Assembly: GCA_016187485.1 (NCBI GenBank)
Contig: JACPJO010000004.1
Location: 56,306 to 120,305 of the forward strand
DNA: 64,000 bases
Direction of reading: 5' to 3'
Source of the DNA: Candidatus Uhrbacteria bacterium
Lineage (GTDB): Bacteria; Patescibacteriota; Patescibacteriia; UBA9934; UBA10169
A program made the translations under genes and the position numbers. This document shows, one piece after another, positions 10,301 to 16,559 of the stretch. The notes under the pieces are model-generated. The model searched no databases. It was not told the origin of the DNA and worked only from the letters and a program-made list of their open reading frames with translations. Each line of letters begins with the position of its first letter. Positions within the stretch are counted from its first letter, which is position 1.

Positions 10301-11728
10301 ACACGCAATGGGATCCACTTTAATGTCATCCGCCTCGGTATCCGGAGAACCGTAGAAGTACACGATGTTCGCTTGTGCACCAAAACCTGTTCCGTGAATC
10401 GTGACGAAATTATCCGGCGCGCCATTGCCAAGCGAAACCGATTGAATCCGCGGACCCGTGACGCAAACGCCGTTTACACAAAGCCCCGACGTGCAATCGC
10501 TGTTTTGGACACACACCGACGCATCGCAAGAAAGACAGTCCTCCCCGCCGCAATCTATCGCCGCCTCATCTTCATTTTGAATGGTGTCGGTACAGTGCGG
10601 GGCAAGAGCCGTCACGGGCACGCTGGAGGATGTCGTTTGATTACCGGCACAATCTGCCGCCACCGCGCGAATGGCATGGGTACTCGCTGGGGTAAGGTTC
10701 CCGGGCGTCCACGAACCCGATGCAAGACAGCTCACGGGACCGTCCCCCGCACAGGATGCCGGACCCGCAGAATCCACGGCTGTATTATCTACCGTAAAGG
10801 TGGTCACGCCCACACCGGAATCATCTGTAAGACTTGCCTGCAGAGACAGGGGGTAGCCCTCGTAGACAGGCGCGCCAGACGACGGATCAGTAATAGTCAC
10901 GGTTGGCCCCGTTGTATCTATGGCATCTGTCGTGGTGAAACCAAAGGAGCACGGCGCGGCAAGCGAACAGGCAATCTCTACGCCGTCCGCGCTTCGTAGA
11001 CCCTCAGAAACACGTACTTCGTAAGAAGTCGCCGGCTCAAAGCAGCGCTCAGAAGAACTGGGACAAGAAGCATCCGGCAGAACAGTAAGCACACGGCCAG
11101 AAGCGGAGAGATCCGTGGAAATAGCGTCCCCTCCGACAGGCGTCACGGTTATGTAAGGGGCAAGGGCGCTCGCGGACGTGGGAAGGTTTCGATTGAAGAG
11201 AATCTGAATCTCCGCATTTCTCGGCACCGAGGGAACCGAGGCCAGACACCCCCACGACGTAACGACAAATTGTGTGCGGTAGTCGGCAGGACATGTGGCG
11301 CAGGTGCTCAAATTTGTATCCTCCGGCCCCCCAATGACGTTGTTCTGCGACGTGGCGCCCACGAGCGATGAAATGACGAATTGCGCAATAGCAAAGGACG
11401 CCAAAATGATGGCAAGCCCGATGACCGCATTAATAATCATGCCGCGCGCTTTGCGCACCTTTTCCTCTTCTCCCTTCGAGAGCATCCACAAAAACCCGGC
11501 GTACAAGATCATGCCAATCAAGACCACGCCAGAGAACGTAATCGCTGCGCGCACAAGCCGCGCAATGATAAGACGGATGTCCGATGTCCCTCCAAACCCC
11601 GCTTGTGTGGCAAAATCTCCGAGGCCCTCGGTAATCGGCGACGAGGCGGCAAAAACAATATCGGGAAGCCACACGAGTGCGCCGAGAGAGAGGAGGAAGA
11701 CCAGTTGGGAGATGATGCGGCGTTTCAT
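1352..11728 (-). CDS. Giant (3458 aa) pilin-anchored surface adhesin: signal peptide, CPR/TrbC-VirB2-like pilin, Ig-like (Big_5-type) and IPT/TIG domains, Myxococcus-type Cys-rich (DUF4215-like) repeats, internal type IV pilin-like domain, C-terminal vWA
   Basis: Uninterrupted 10.4-kb ORF. Pilin motif ILYAGFLWMLSKGEEEKVRKARGMIINAVIGLAIILASFAI; IPT-like VTIHGTGFG, ISVVGNNFG, VTILGQRFG, VNIYGSNLG; many CGDG...EECDDGN...GDGCS..C repeats; vWA MIDAS IDYSTSM...GTHT...LVSDG. Confidence 0.88.
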   Translation of the reverse strand: MKRRIISQLVFLLSLGALVWLPDIVFAASSPITEGLGDFATQAGFGGTSDIRLIIARLVRAAITFSGVVLIGMILYAGFLWMLSKGEEEKVRKARGMIINAVIGLAIILASFAIAQFVISSLVGATSQNNVIGGPEDTNLSTCATCPADYRTQFVVTSWGCLASVPSVPRNAEIQILFNRNLPTSASALAPYITVTPVGGDAISTDLSASGRVLTVLPDASCPSSSERCFEPATSYEVRVSEGLRSADGVEIACSLAAPCSFGFTTTDAIDTTGPTVTITDPSSGAPVYEGYPLSLQASLTDDSGVGVTTFTVDNTAVDSAGPASCAGDGPVSCLASGSWTPGNLTPASTHAIRAVAADCAGNQTTSSSVPVTALAPHCTDTIQNEDEAAIDCGGEDCLSCDASVCVQNSDCTSGLCVNGVCVTGPRIQSVSLGNGAPDNFVTIHGTGFGAQANIVYFYGSPDTEADDIKVDPIACPAPSWNNTQVVVAVPAEAADGAIGVVKAETATTPGITDRTDDDFGPLIQDFDVNDVRRPGLCAVTPGNGLPATRISVVGNNFGEDPTVGAFYLSGPSVYRASFFPAVDTWLDALISLLVPPSTPGDYDLQVFVNDEGSNTIDFSVLSPEDASSAPFISEVTSGRSLCENDIVHAGQLCVSDTQCGTGQCVAHPTEGGVGQYVTILGQRFGSTEGVVVFQDPLLGDVVFEPDFPAACQNAWWTDSAIVAQVPASMTTSEESNPKSIFVRRADYPTSPQSNAEDFTVVSAPATPGVCALAPVAGPVGTAVNIYGSNLGASASEVSVTFHDGVAASPVGFTSSENVSAPVPTGAISGPVSVTVLGAPSNELLFAVGNCQETPSLCTASQICCSNGSCAATPAACGEPSVNAQYVYHFSTGPIPNYPTIRTQCDTSFISPTPSTLWSDGDAVCTNAVVSVSFTPGLPASGMDISTFTNGSFYVDRCTGTGVDPCETVATGHLAGDFLLSTNLSLIFSPATALLPDTWYRATATTGIKNNRGVPLAQAYAYRFKTRSSTTPCEVEEVLVSPPDYTATSDETIPYVALPATGACVLINPDDYAFAWELDRQGKNIHFDVDPPYTVTLGDPESATPATTLLDEVPTNLADLADALLALQTILPEAHALVGPTAATLTSTNTALAAETVTVFSLLNPVLLAGDTLSSALDAAEEAADPVTADPQYGPLEGDINDALLFLGNAAQAFENLQPIFVVPEEETNAGQPALVTATPIGYSISDTEELIVNFTDPAVSLAYPQCTTACVNAEVGAVFNTAMQATGTTGLTGSHVNAVNVLEPNVRVFACEDEFCATFNPTSPVPTALSFVNDPLDVEDGVALTLAGDLSPSMYYRVMIWGGITSEPQSPTVPGIPLWGVTNPDGTPVIPLNYGNYYSWVFRTRDNAAPCGIGNVALSPLEVILEAVGDRASFSASVTGRPDSCAVAGQVLNPLAYAWDWLVNQVTNSATNTQISVATYLPDGTLTATLDTDTDRALSCSAQCLRTGTISYAAVCGDGIVNPFYEDCDVALDPIGCSPTCQTVGVTACANPATDLLCCGNGIREGREECDDNGNLDGNGCSATCLNEGSTAAGLTCNDGTISQFDTVTPDGRSGGEECEDSNTISGDGCSAQCLREGSTPSADIGVHCGNGDVEEGEDCDDGGITSGDGCSANCLAEPLGPGVWSRTTPTGILNGVCGSNGREYNVTTGAGEECDDGNTTSGDGCSAQCQNEGSSVFYPVPSFCGNGGLPELGEECEISSSADDGVGPYDPLQTLEIEAVATQAVVDGEVRTTLRATGSDDATETSAFGTAEIGLSCSCTTDATCGEPALLGCGVSDCCFDRPAVQESTTVPLATTSAGVCRNALVRVAFTQQMGEESILEDNGTKHIVLTAFGEDTNGNGAYDSADVRYTTASDCPTNTTPVIVQDFSDRPWYARLWQNILRVVAPRAWAGSVSCIVASNLSIEDVETNPDEFITRVSVLYNQILEPQTLYRILVEADANYTDANPDGVLSRWGVGLVGNSSVFANFEASWSRIFATGNTICDVDFVQVEDLSASPGLFTQANTAHPLAAEAMTLIGPLAQPIVSVPGVYAWAWSGTSVSTTWGWNSSVADPNIVVVTPGASTSANTTATASTANPAINGVENVMAQLRIMEDTVLSPTTVGRIVGGTVEERVFLCENPWPAVGHFPFVDSAWYAGDPAPGITLTAPYTNFSAFYCRDAGERGTSDDLPALSVVQKTQNIASPGIFKEFLFAVDDPDIHDAIGVRVLSNSNYLSPAEWFAGQGFVGSPAAESVDGFEGVRDGRTVYVSAPNTGAALYPNMYAIAYNEGASAETRQIYQAMLGAWEFAGARDLTTGLLTVTNGRVCATPLPSGDMDPIEVNGELVACSTDAECAAVATGGSPALCDADKDKLRRDLKRLTDVRTIGEALTSYGETHRHCSVTKDQLCFEDSDCSGAEECVASVPTLGSGTYIPSFSLSAWPSWQAQLANALGRAVPTDPLNTFVSCPDGYDAETCYNALAAQAICPADSHVYTYRSIGGEEFWLSTDLEFGVAPPAETTLAWASPVDVDSPLPNLGTYYVGNANLPSPFASTPVLGGFQNARTCNGATFTATNVCGDGLIGSGEICEVGETTSVSCSTNVCANAVNLSFNGLPCTTASDCGSNGSCVATSGTRAVPCVGPSDASGLGCQAFQTASTSAACIPNYCGDGVIQGSETCDDGPLNGQYGFCATNCTWTSAVFCGDGLIGGAEACDCGSAASFNLLAPTPQCRTASASYLNGLYSTDPAYGCAADCSGTAPSCGDGTVNGAAEECDGTNEQWNGKLCVNGDPCTTNAECADGSLCGDPALSWAGVCPASTASDTLGLPQTRTRVCNGLGLPPYTNACRWPTTTGIPGGWQACAPVGSCGNGIPEGIEECDDGDTDEQDACRNNCTQNVCGDGVRNVGVESCDLGGQNGVPCNPAYSDTCNYCSATCTYQTVTGGYCGDGVINGGEVCDGASVPSYCFKGAINPTERVRGEVCGTDADCPFDYTCEALVGTCNGGSATAVDGEYVYNGFPCAQPPPETFDYNKACGDPIFNPDTFGSCVLQDCNASCSLACPFTLEQGAVLAQSETAVNRTTSVDLRSYLSEDPATAGAPDNATLYFPACTVGSALYASVSFDDVEPPNIDLIFLIDYSTSMSYEIDGTPPEADESTRLDIVKEALVDAADELYDAFPNGNLASGIVIFNEVNPATDVLAENPLPNASFTASKSELVLNLSQLANPGTGLGTHTAYGLSRAYELLTTDRPDTDVRIVILVSDGESDDLLAAAAASDTLDTLENTVIYTVAFTSNDDEIAVNNHFSSDVCGVDFYELNNSDGTPECAPPADGVEYAYNAPDADGFQAVVDTITANILGLSLNYETTTGFAGGVASEGDDVLLPFPPGFECPASGAFQIPFHINFNGSGTVNLSDLRLEYCPQ

Positions 11729-11737
11729 GCAAGGTTT

Positions 11738-13648
11738 CTAGGGAGCGGGAGGAGAGAAAATGGGCGGTAGGGGACACGAGCCGGAGGCAAGCGCATTTCC
11801 GTCGCAACAACTTGGCTGTGAGGCATCCACGGCGCAATCCCCCGGCGGGCCATAGGCGGGGTAATAACAAATTTGATAGGCCGACTCCACTTCGTTATTG
11901 ATAAAAGGGTAGTACAGCTGTGTGATGGTATCCTCCAGGTAGTCCAGGAACGACCCGTGCTCCAAAACCGCAACGGTCCCCACGACTTCTGGCTCCGTCG
12001 CAGGCGGGACTGCGGGCACCGTCACTCCCTCCGCAAGAGGCCGATACCAAATTTCATGGAACGGGCGCGGAGCAATGCCCATATTCGTGTTCGTTAGTGA
12101 CCCTACACGCATCGGCACATCAAACGTCACGCGCACGGGGGCAGAAATATCCACGTCGGGCTGATTTAACGTGGGAAGCAAGGACGCGATGGCGGGGCGA
12201 TCGAGGTTTACATCATCCGTCGTTGAAAAAAATGACCAAAAGTTGTCTATGGCAAGATCGTCGTCCGGCTCTGGCGTCAGTGCCGCGTTGGCTGGCGGCC
12301 CATTGGCAATAAGATTTTGGTCGTCGCCGTTTTTCCCACCTCCATCCAGAGAATTCCCTGCCACGTCCACCACGCCATCGTAGCCCACAGCCGTAAAGAG
12401 CGCTTGAGGCGGTTCGGCGCCGAGCGTGGCGGCACGCACCAGAAGCGTAAAGTCATCATTCCCTGGAAGACAGAAGATTGCTCCTCCGCAAGCGTTCTCG
12501 CCGCATTGGTCAAAACTCGTAAATTCGGTCGTGCGGTACCCATTTGTGATGCGCCATGTGCCTTCTACCGGTACCGCGTCACTATCGTCGTCACGCACTT
12601 GGAGGTTTGAGAAAAATCTTGCCGGCGTGGCGGTGGGACGATGCACTCCCGCCGTGGCGGTAGGGTCTACCGCCTCATTGAAGTTCACTTGCACCACGAT
12701 ATTGCGGTCTACAGTCCGATCGGCAACAGGAATAACGCTTTGCACATAGGGCGGGGTAATATCCACCACCGTGGAGACCGTAAATGACCAGGCATAGCCC
12801 GTGGTATTGGGCGGAGGGAAGGCCGGAAACGTTGTCGTAAGGTCAGGGCCAAGTTTCAAAATATCGGCATCCAAAAGGACAGAGTAGTTTTGCTCTTCTT
12901 CTGCGCTTCCAATAAACTCCACCGGGTCAAAGACAAAGATTTTTTTGTCTGCTGTATACGTGACGTCTACGGCATCTTGCACAAGAGCGCCCGCAACCCC
13001 ATCAGCCGTACGGTAAATTTTCACATTGCCCGCATTCACTTTACCCCGCGGGACTTCGGCCACCGGATCAATCGTGCCCGGAGCAATGAGGGAGTCAACA
13101 AACATCGATTCTTTAAATGTCACGATAATTTTTGTGTTGCGCGGGATCTCTACCGCTCCGCGAGCGGGATAATGATCTTCGATAATCCCCTGCCCCAGCG
13201 CTCCCGAAAGCGGTTCAATAAAGCCGGCAATGTTGGTAGAGGTAGATGGCTGGCGAAGCCCGAGCGAGCGCAGAAGCGCACTTAAGATAAACGAAGCGAT
13301 TCCGTAAGACGCAAGCACGATAGCCAAACCGATGACGGCGGTGCGAATGATGCCGCGCGCGGTTTGGATTTTCTTGGGATCGCCACCTGCCAGCATGTAG
13401 CGAATACCGGCGTACACAATGAGACAGACAAAGACGATGCCCAAAAACCCAATGACCGCACGAACAATCTTTGCTGCAATCACGCGAACGTCTTGTGTGG
13501 GCAGACCCTGAGCGCCAATGTCAGAAAGATTTGCGCCAAGCCCTGCTTCTGCGCCGAATGCTATCGACGAGAGAAAAAACAAACCCGCCGTCACGCTAAG
13601 AGTGATGGCTAAAAAAAGAGCGCTGCGTTTTGCACCCACAAACCGCAT
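11738..13648 (-). CDS. Pilin-domain protein with two Ig-like (Big_5-type) domains and a Cys-rich tail
   Basis: Signal peptide, then IVYAGIRYMLAGGDPKKIQTARGIIRTAVIGLAIVLASYGI; PRNTKIIVTFKE and DRNIVVQVNFNEAVD Ig-like starts, each ending in W.F.T/V. Confidence 0.85.
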   Translation of the reverse strand: MRFVGAKRSALFLAITLSVTAGLFFLSSIAFGAEAGLGANLSDIGAQGLPTQDVRVIAAKIVRAVIGFLGIVFVCLIVYAGIRYMLAGGDPKKIQTARGIIRTAVIGLAIVLASYGIASFILSALLRSLGLRQPSTSTNIAGFIEPLSGALGQGIIEDHYPARGAVEIPRNTKIIVTFKESMFVDSLIAPGTIDPVAEVPRGKVNAGNVKIYRTADGVAGALVQDAVDVTYTADKKIFVFDPVEFIGSAEEEQNYSVLLDADILKLGPDLTTTFPAFPPPNTTGYAWSFTVSTVVDITPPYVQSVIPVADRTVDRNIVVQVNFNEAVDPTATAGVHRPTATPARFFSNLQVRDDDSDAVPVEGTWRITNGYRTTEFTSFDQCGENACGGAIFCLPGNDDFTLLVRAATLGAEPPQALFTAVGYDGVVDVAGNSLDGGGKNGDDQNLIANGPPANAALTPEPDDDLAIDNFWSFFSTTDDVNLDRPAIASLLPTLNQPDVDISAPVRVTFDVPMRVGSLTNTNMGIAPRPFHEIWYRPLAEGVTVPAVPPATEPEVVGTVAVLEHGSFLDYLEDTITQLYYPFINNEVESAYQICYYPAYGPPGDCAVDASQPSCCDGNALASGSCPLPPIFSPPAP

Positions 13649-13654
13649 GCGTCT

Positions 13655-13660
13655 ATTATA
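13655..13660 (-). promoter_or_regulatory. -10 box (TATAAT) 6 nt before the ATG of the pilin cluster; probable leaderless transcript
   Basis: The minus strand reads gagTATAATagacgcATG. Confidence 0.6.
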
Positions 13661-13689
13661 CTCTACTTTCTCTTTATCTTGTGTGGATA

Positions 13690-14130
13690 CTACACGAGAA
13701 TCTTCTCGGCAGTCGCACGGACGCGCGCGCCATCCGCCCGGCCGACCAGACGCTTCACCGCCGCTCCGATAACCTTTCCAATATCCGCTTTCGTCTTGGC
13801 ACCCGTCTCCTCGATGACGGCGCGCACGACCGTTTCGATCTCGCTATCGCTCGCTTGCGCAGGGAGATAGGCTTCAAGCGTGGCAATTTCCGCACGCGCT
13901 TTCTGCGACAAATCCTCGCGCGCCGCCGATTCATAGGAGACGAGCCCGTCCTTGAGCGCCTTGAGTTCTTTTTGGATCACGGCCGTCGCCTCTTCATCGG
14001 TAAGCGCGTGCCCCACCTCGATCTGCCGATATTTCATGGCAGACTGCAAAAGGCGCAGCGTCGAAAGTTTACCCGCATCCTTCTGCTTGAGCGCAGAAGT
14101 AAGATCTTCGTGGATACGTTCGGAAAGCAT
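13690..14130 (-). CDS. yqeY: GatB/YqeY domain protein
   Basis: MLSERIHEDLTSALKQKDAGKLSTLRLLQSAMKY...YLPAQ...DIGKVIGAAV..GRADG; start placed at ATG 14130, 10 nt after TATACT; sits next to rpsU as usual. Confidence 0.9.
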   Translation of the reverse strand: MLSERIHEDLTSALKQKDAGKLSTLRLLQSAMKYRQIEVGHALTDEEATAVIQKELKALKDGLVSYESAAREDLSQKARAEIATLEAYLPAQASDSEIETVVRAVIEETGAKTKADIGKVIGAAVKRLVGRADGARVRATAEKILV

Positions 14131-14194
14131 AGTGGAAACTAGTATAACAGAATTTTGTGGAAACCAAAGAACGGCGCGTGGCCGTTCTTTTGTG

Positions 14195-14443
14195 TTATGT
14201 TCGTGTCGTTTGCGTCGGCCGCGGTTCTTCCTTCCACTGTCCTGTACGCATAAGGTATTCGCGCATGACCGAGAGTTCCAGTCGGCGCAAAGCCGAGGCG
14301 CGGCGTGCCGTCTTGTTCGGTTCGGCGTTGAAAAAACGAATCTTGCGGACCTGAAGCGTCCGTCCACTCAACTGCATGCGGCGGCTGAAGCGGCGGAAGA
14401 GGCTCTCAAAGCTTTCATTTTTTTTGCGTGTGACTTTCAACAT
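14195..14443 (-). CDS. rpsU: 30S ribosomal protein bS21
   Basis: MLKVTRKKNESFESLFRRFSRRMQLSG..QVRKIRFF; rpsU-yqeY synteny. Confidence 0.85.
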   Translation of the reverse strand: MLKVTRKKNESFESLFRRFSRRMQLSGRTLQVRKIRFFNAEPNKTARRASALRRLELSVMREYLMRTGQWKEEPRPTQTTRT

Positions 14444-14448
14444 AGTTT

Positions 14449-14497
14449 CACCTCCCAGAGGTGGGCATACGGTACCGATCGCACATTATTCTGTCAA
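14449..14497 (-). promoter_or_regulatory. rpsU promoter (TTGACA-17-TACCGT) and strong SD GGAGGTG within a small hairpin
   Basis: The minus strand reads TTGACAgaataatgtgcgatcggTACCGTatgccCACCTCtggGAGGTGaaactATG. Confidence 0.65.
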
Positions 14498-15880
14498 CCC
14501 GAGGCGTTTCTTCACCATCGAGACAACTTTGTTTGCATCTACGATTTCCTGGGCTCCCGATTCCATATCGCGAATGATAATCGTCCCGTCCAGAACCTCT
14601 TTTTGGCCCAAGATCAGCGTGATGGCAGCTTCCTGTTTGTTGGCCATCTCAAGTTGCGCCTTGAGCGCTCCTTTGCCAAACGCTTCCGCCACCGGCACGC
14701 CAGCAAGCCGAAACTCTTCATAAAGTTTCAGTCCCTTGCGGCGCGCGGAATCGCCCAGCTGCGCAAAGAAAATCTTGGGTTGAAAACGAGCGGGAGGATG
14801 TAGATTGAGTTCGCGCATGGCATTCACGACACGCTCAATCCCCACAGCGAACCCGCACGCCGGTGTTCCCTCGCGTCCGCCCAGCAATTCCACCAAACCA
14901 TCATATCGCCCGCCAGCCGCAAGCGCCCCCTGCGTCGCCGTCGAGGAACTTTCACTCGATGTGTAGAGCTCAAAGACTGTCTTGTTGTAGTAATCAAGCC
15001 CGCGCACCAAAAACGGATTCAAGCGATACGGCACTTCCACCTCTTCCAAAAATTCCAAGACTTTCATGAAATGTGCCTTGCTCTCTTCATCCAGCCAATC
15101 CACAATCTGCGGCGCTTCAGCAAGCAGCTCTTTTACTGTAGGGTCTTTTGAATCAAGAAGTCGGAGCGGATTCTTTTGGAGACGCACTTTATCGTCCTCG
15201 CTCAACCGCGAGCGGAACTGGCGGAAGTACGCGACCAGCTCCATGATGTATTCCCGTCGCGTTTCGGCGGTGCCAATCGAGTTGACCTCCACAATCGCCG
15301 GAATGTCCAGGTCGCGGAAAAAACGAGAAGCGATGACTATAAGCTGGGCGTCCACGATAGGATCAGCTTCCCCGATGGATTCAAACCCGAATTGATGGAA
15401 CTGGCGATACCGTCCTGCCTGTGGTCGGTCGTGCCGGAACATGGGGCCGAGATAGAAAAACTTTACCGGTTGCGGGCGGTTCAACATGCCGTGATTCACA
15501 TAGGCCCGCGCGATCTGTGCAGTCGCTTCGGGACGGAGTGCCACGCGCGCGCCAGACTTATCCTCGAATGTATACATCTCCTTCTCGACGATGTCCGTGG
15601 CTTTCCCCACGCTCCGATTAAACAGTTCCTCGTACTCTAAGAGCGGGAGCTCGATCTTTGAGAAACTGTAATATTCCGCAAACGAGCGCGCACGGTCACG
15701 GATAATGTCCCAATACGCCTGTTCTTCGGGAAGCACGTCGCGGAACCCACGCAAGGTCTCAATAACCTTCACGCCTTTTTTTGGCATGTTCTCGGCCTCC
15801 TCTGGGGACGGCTTGGGTTTCTCTTCCTTCAACGGTACCGGCTTAACAAATTTCTTCTTTAGCGGTTTTTTGGCAGGCAT
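14486..15880 (-). CDS. hisS: Histidine--tRNA ligase
   Basis: RGFRDVLP, LRPEATA, FRHDRPQAGRYRQFHQ, LVRGLDYY, GGRYDGL, GFAVGIER. Confidence 0.97.
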   Translation of the reverse strand: MPAKKPLKKKFVKPVPLKEEKPKPSPEEAENMPKKGVKVIETLRGFRDVLPEEQAYWDIIRDRARSFAEYYSFSKIELPLLEYEELFNRSVGKATDIVEKEMYTFEDKSGARVALRPEATAQIARAYVNHGMLNRPQPVKFFYLGPMFRHDRPQAGRYRQFHQFGFESIGEADPIVDAQLIVIASRFFRDLDIPAIVEVNSIGTAETRREYIMELVAYFRQFRSRLSEDDKVRLQKNPLRLLDSKDPTVKELLAEAPQIVDWLDEESKAHFMKVLEFLEEVEVPYRLNPFLVRGLDYYNKTVFELYTSSESSSTATQGALAAGGRYDGLVELLGGREGTPACGFAVGIERVVNAMRELNLHPPARFQPKIFFAQLGDSARRKGLKLYEEFRLAGVPVAEAFGKGALKAQLEMANKQEAAITLILGQKEVLDGTIIIRDMESGAQEIVDANKVVSMVKKRLGLTE

Positions 15881-15883
15881 AGA

Positions 15884-16495
15884 TTAAAGGGTATCGTACA
15901 CGGGCGTTTGAAATCCTCCAAGACGCGAAAACGGGAAGCCGCGGAACCAGACGCGGCCGACCATTAAGTCTCGCCCGACGGGACCGAAACTGCGCGAGTC
16001 AAGACTGTAATCCCGGTTGTCGCCCAGAAGATAATACTCCTGGGCTCCGAGTTCTACGCGCTTCTTCCCCACGGTCTCGGCGCCATCAAGATACGGCTCC
16101 TTAAGCGGAAGTCCCTCGGGGTATGCGTCGTTATAAATCTTTACGCGTCCCTCATCTACCTCGACTGTTTCGCCAGGAAGCCCGATAACGCGCTTGATAA
16201 AATACTGGCTTGGGTCCCGGGGATATTGGAAAACAATAATCTCGCCACGCTCGGGCTCACGAAACCGGTAGGAGATTTCGTCTATCACCAGATACTCATT
16301 GTCGTAAAAATTCGGTTCCATGCTGGCGCCGCGCACAATGAACGGCTGGATCAGAAAAGCGCGGATGGGGATGATGATCGCTGCGGAGATCGCCAAAATC
16401 TGCACGAGTTCTACAATAAAAACAATCACGGAGCCAAAGACCCCGAATCGTTCCGACCAATGCGCCCTCTCCGGCACCGAAGGCATGTCTTCCAT
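15884..16495 (-). CDS. lepB: Signal peptidase I
   Basis: GASMEPNF (catalytic Ser), FIKRVIGLPGE (catalytic Lys), GDNRDYSLDSR; start placed at ATG 16495. Confidence 0.95.
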   Translation of the reverse strand: MEDMPSVPERAHWSERFGVFGSVIVFIVELVQILAISAAIIIPIRAFLIQPFIVRGASMEPNFYDNEYLVIDEISYRFREPERGEIIVFQYPRDPSQYFIKRVIGLPGETVEVDEGRVKIYNDAYPEGLPLKEPYLDGAETVGKKRVELGAQEYYLLGDNRDYSLDSRSFGPVGRDLMVGRVWFRGFPFSRLGGFQTPVYDTL

Positions 16496-16533
16496 AGGTG
16501 CGAGCACTTTATCAAGGAAATTTCCAAAAATCA

Positions 16534-16559
16534 ACCCCTCCCTTCGCGAAGGGAGGGGT
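16534..16559 (-). terminator. Intrinsic terminator after the kinase gene (perfect 26-bp palindrome)
   Basis: acccctcccttcgcgaagggaggggt, followed on the minus strand by tgatttttgg. Confidence 0.7.

Noticed and set aside
3-13612. Many long plus-strand ORFs (e.g. 322-1410, 3128-4303, 7619-8875) opposite the adhesin cluster
   Set aside because: They are antisense shadows of GC-rich coding sequence: Arg-rich, with no motifs or start signals.
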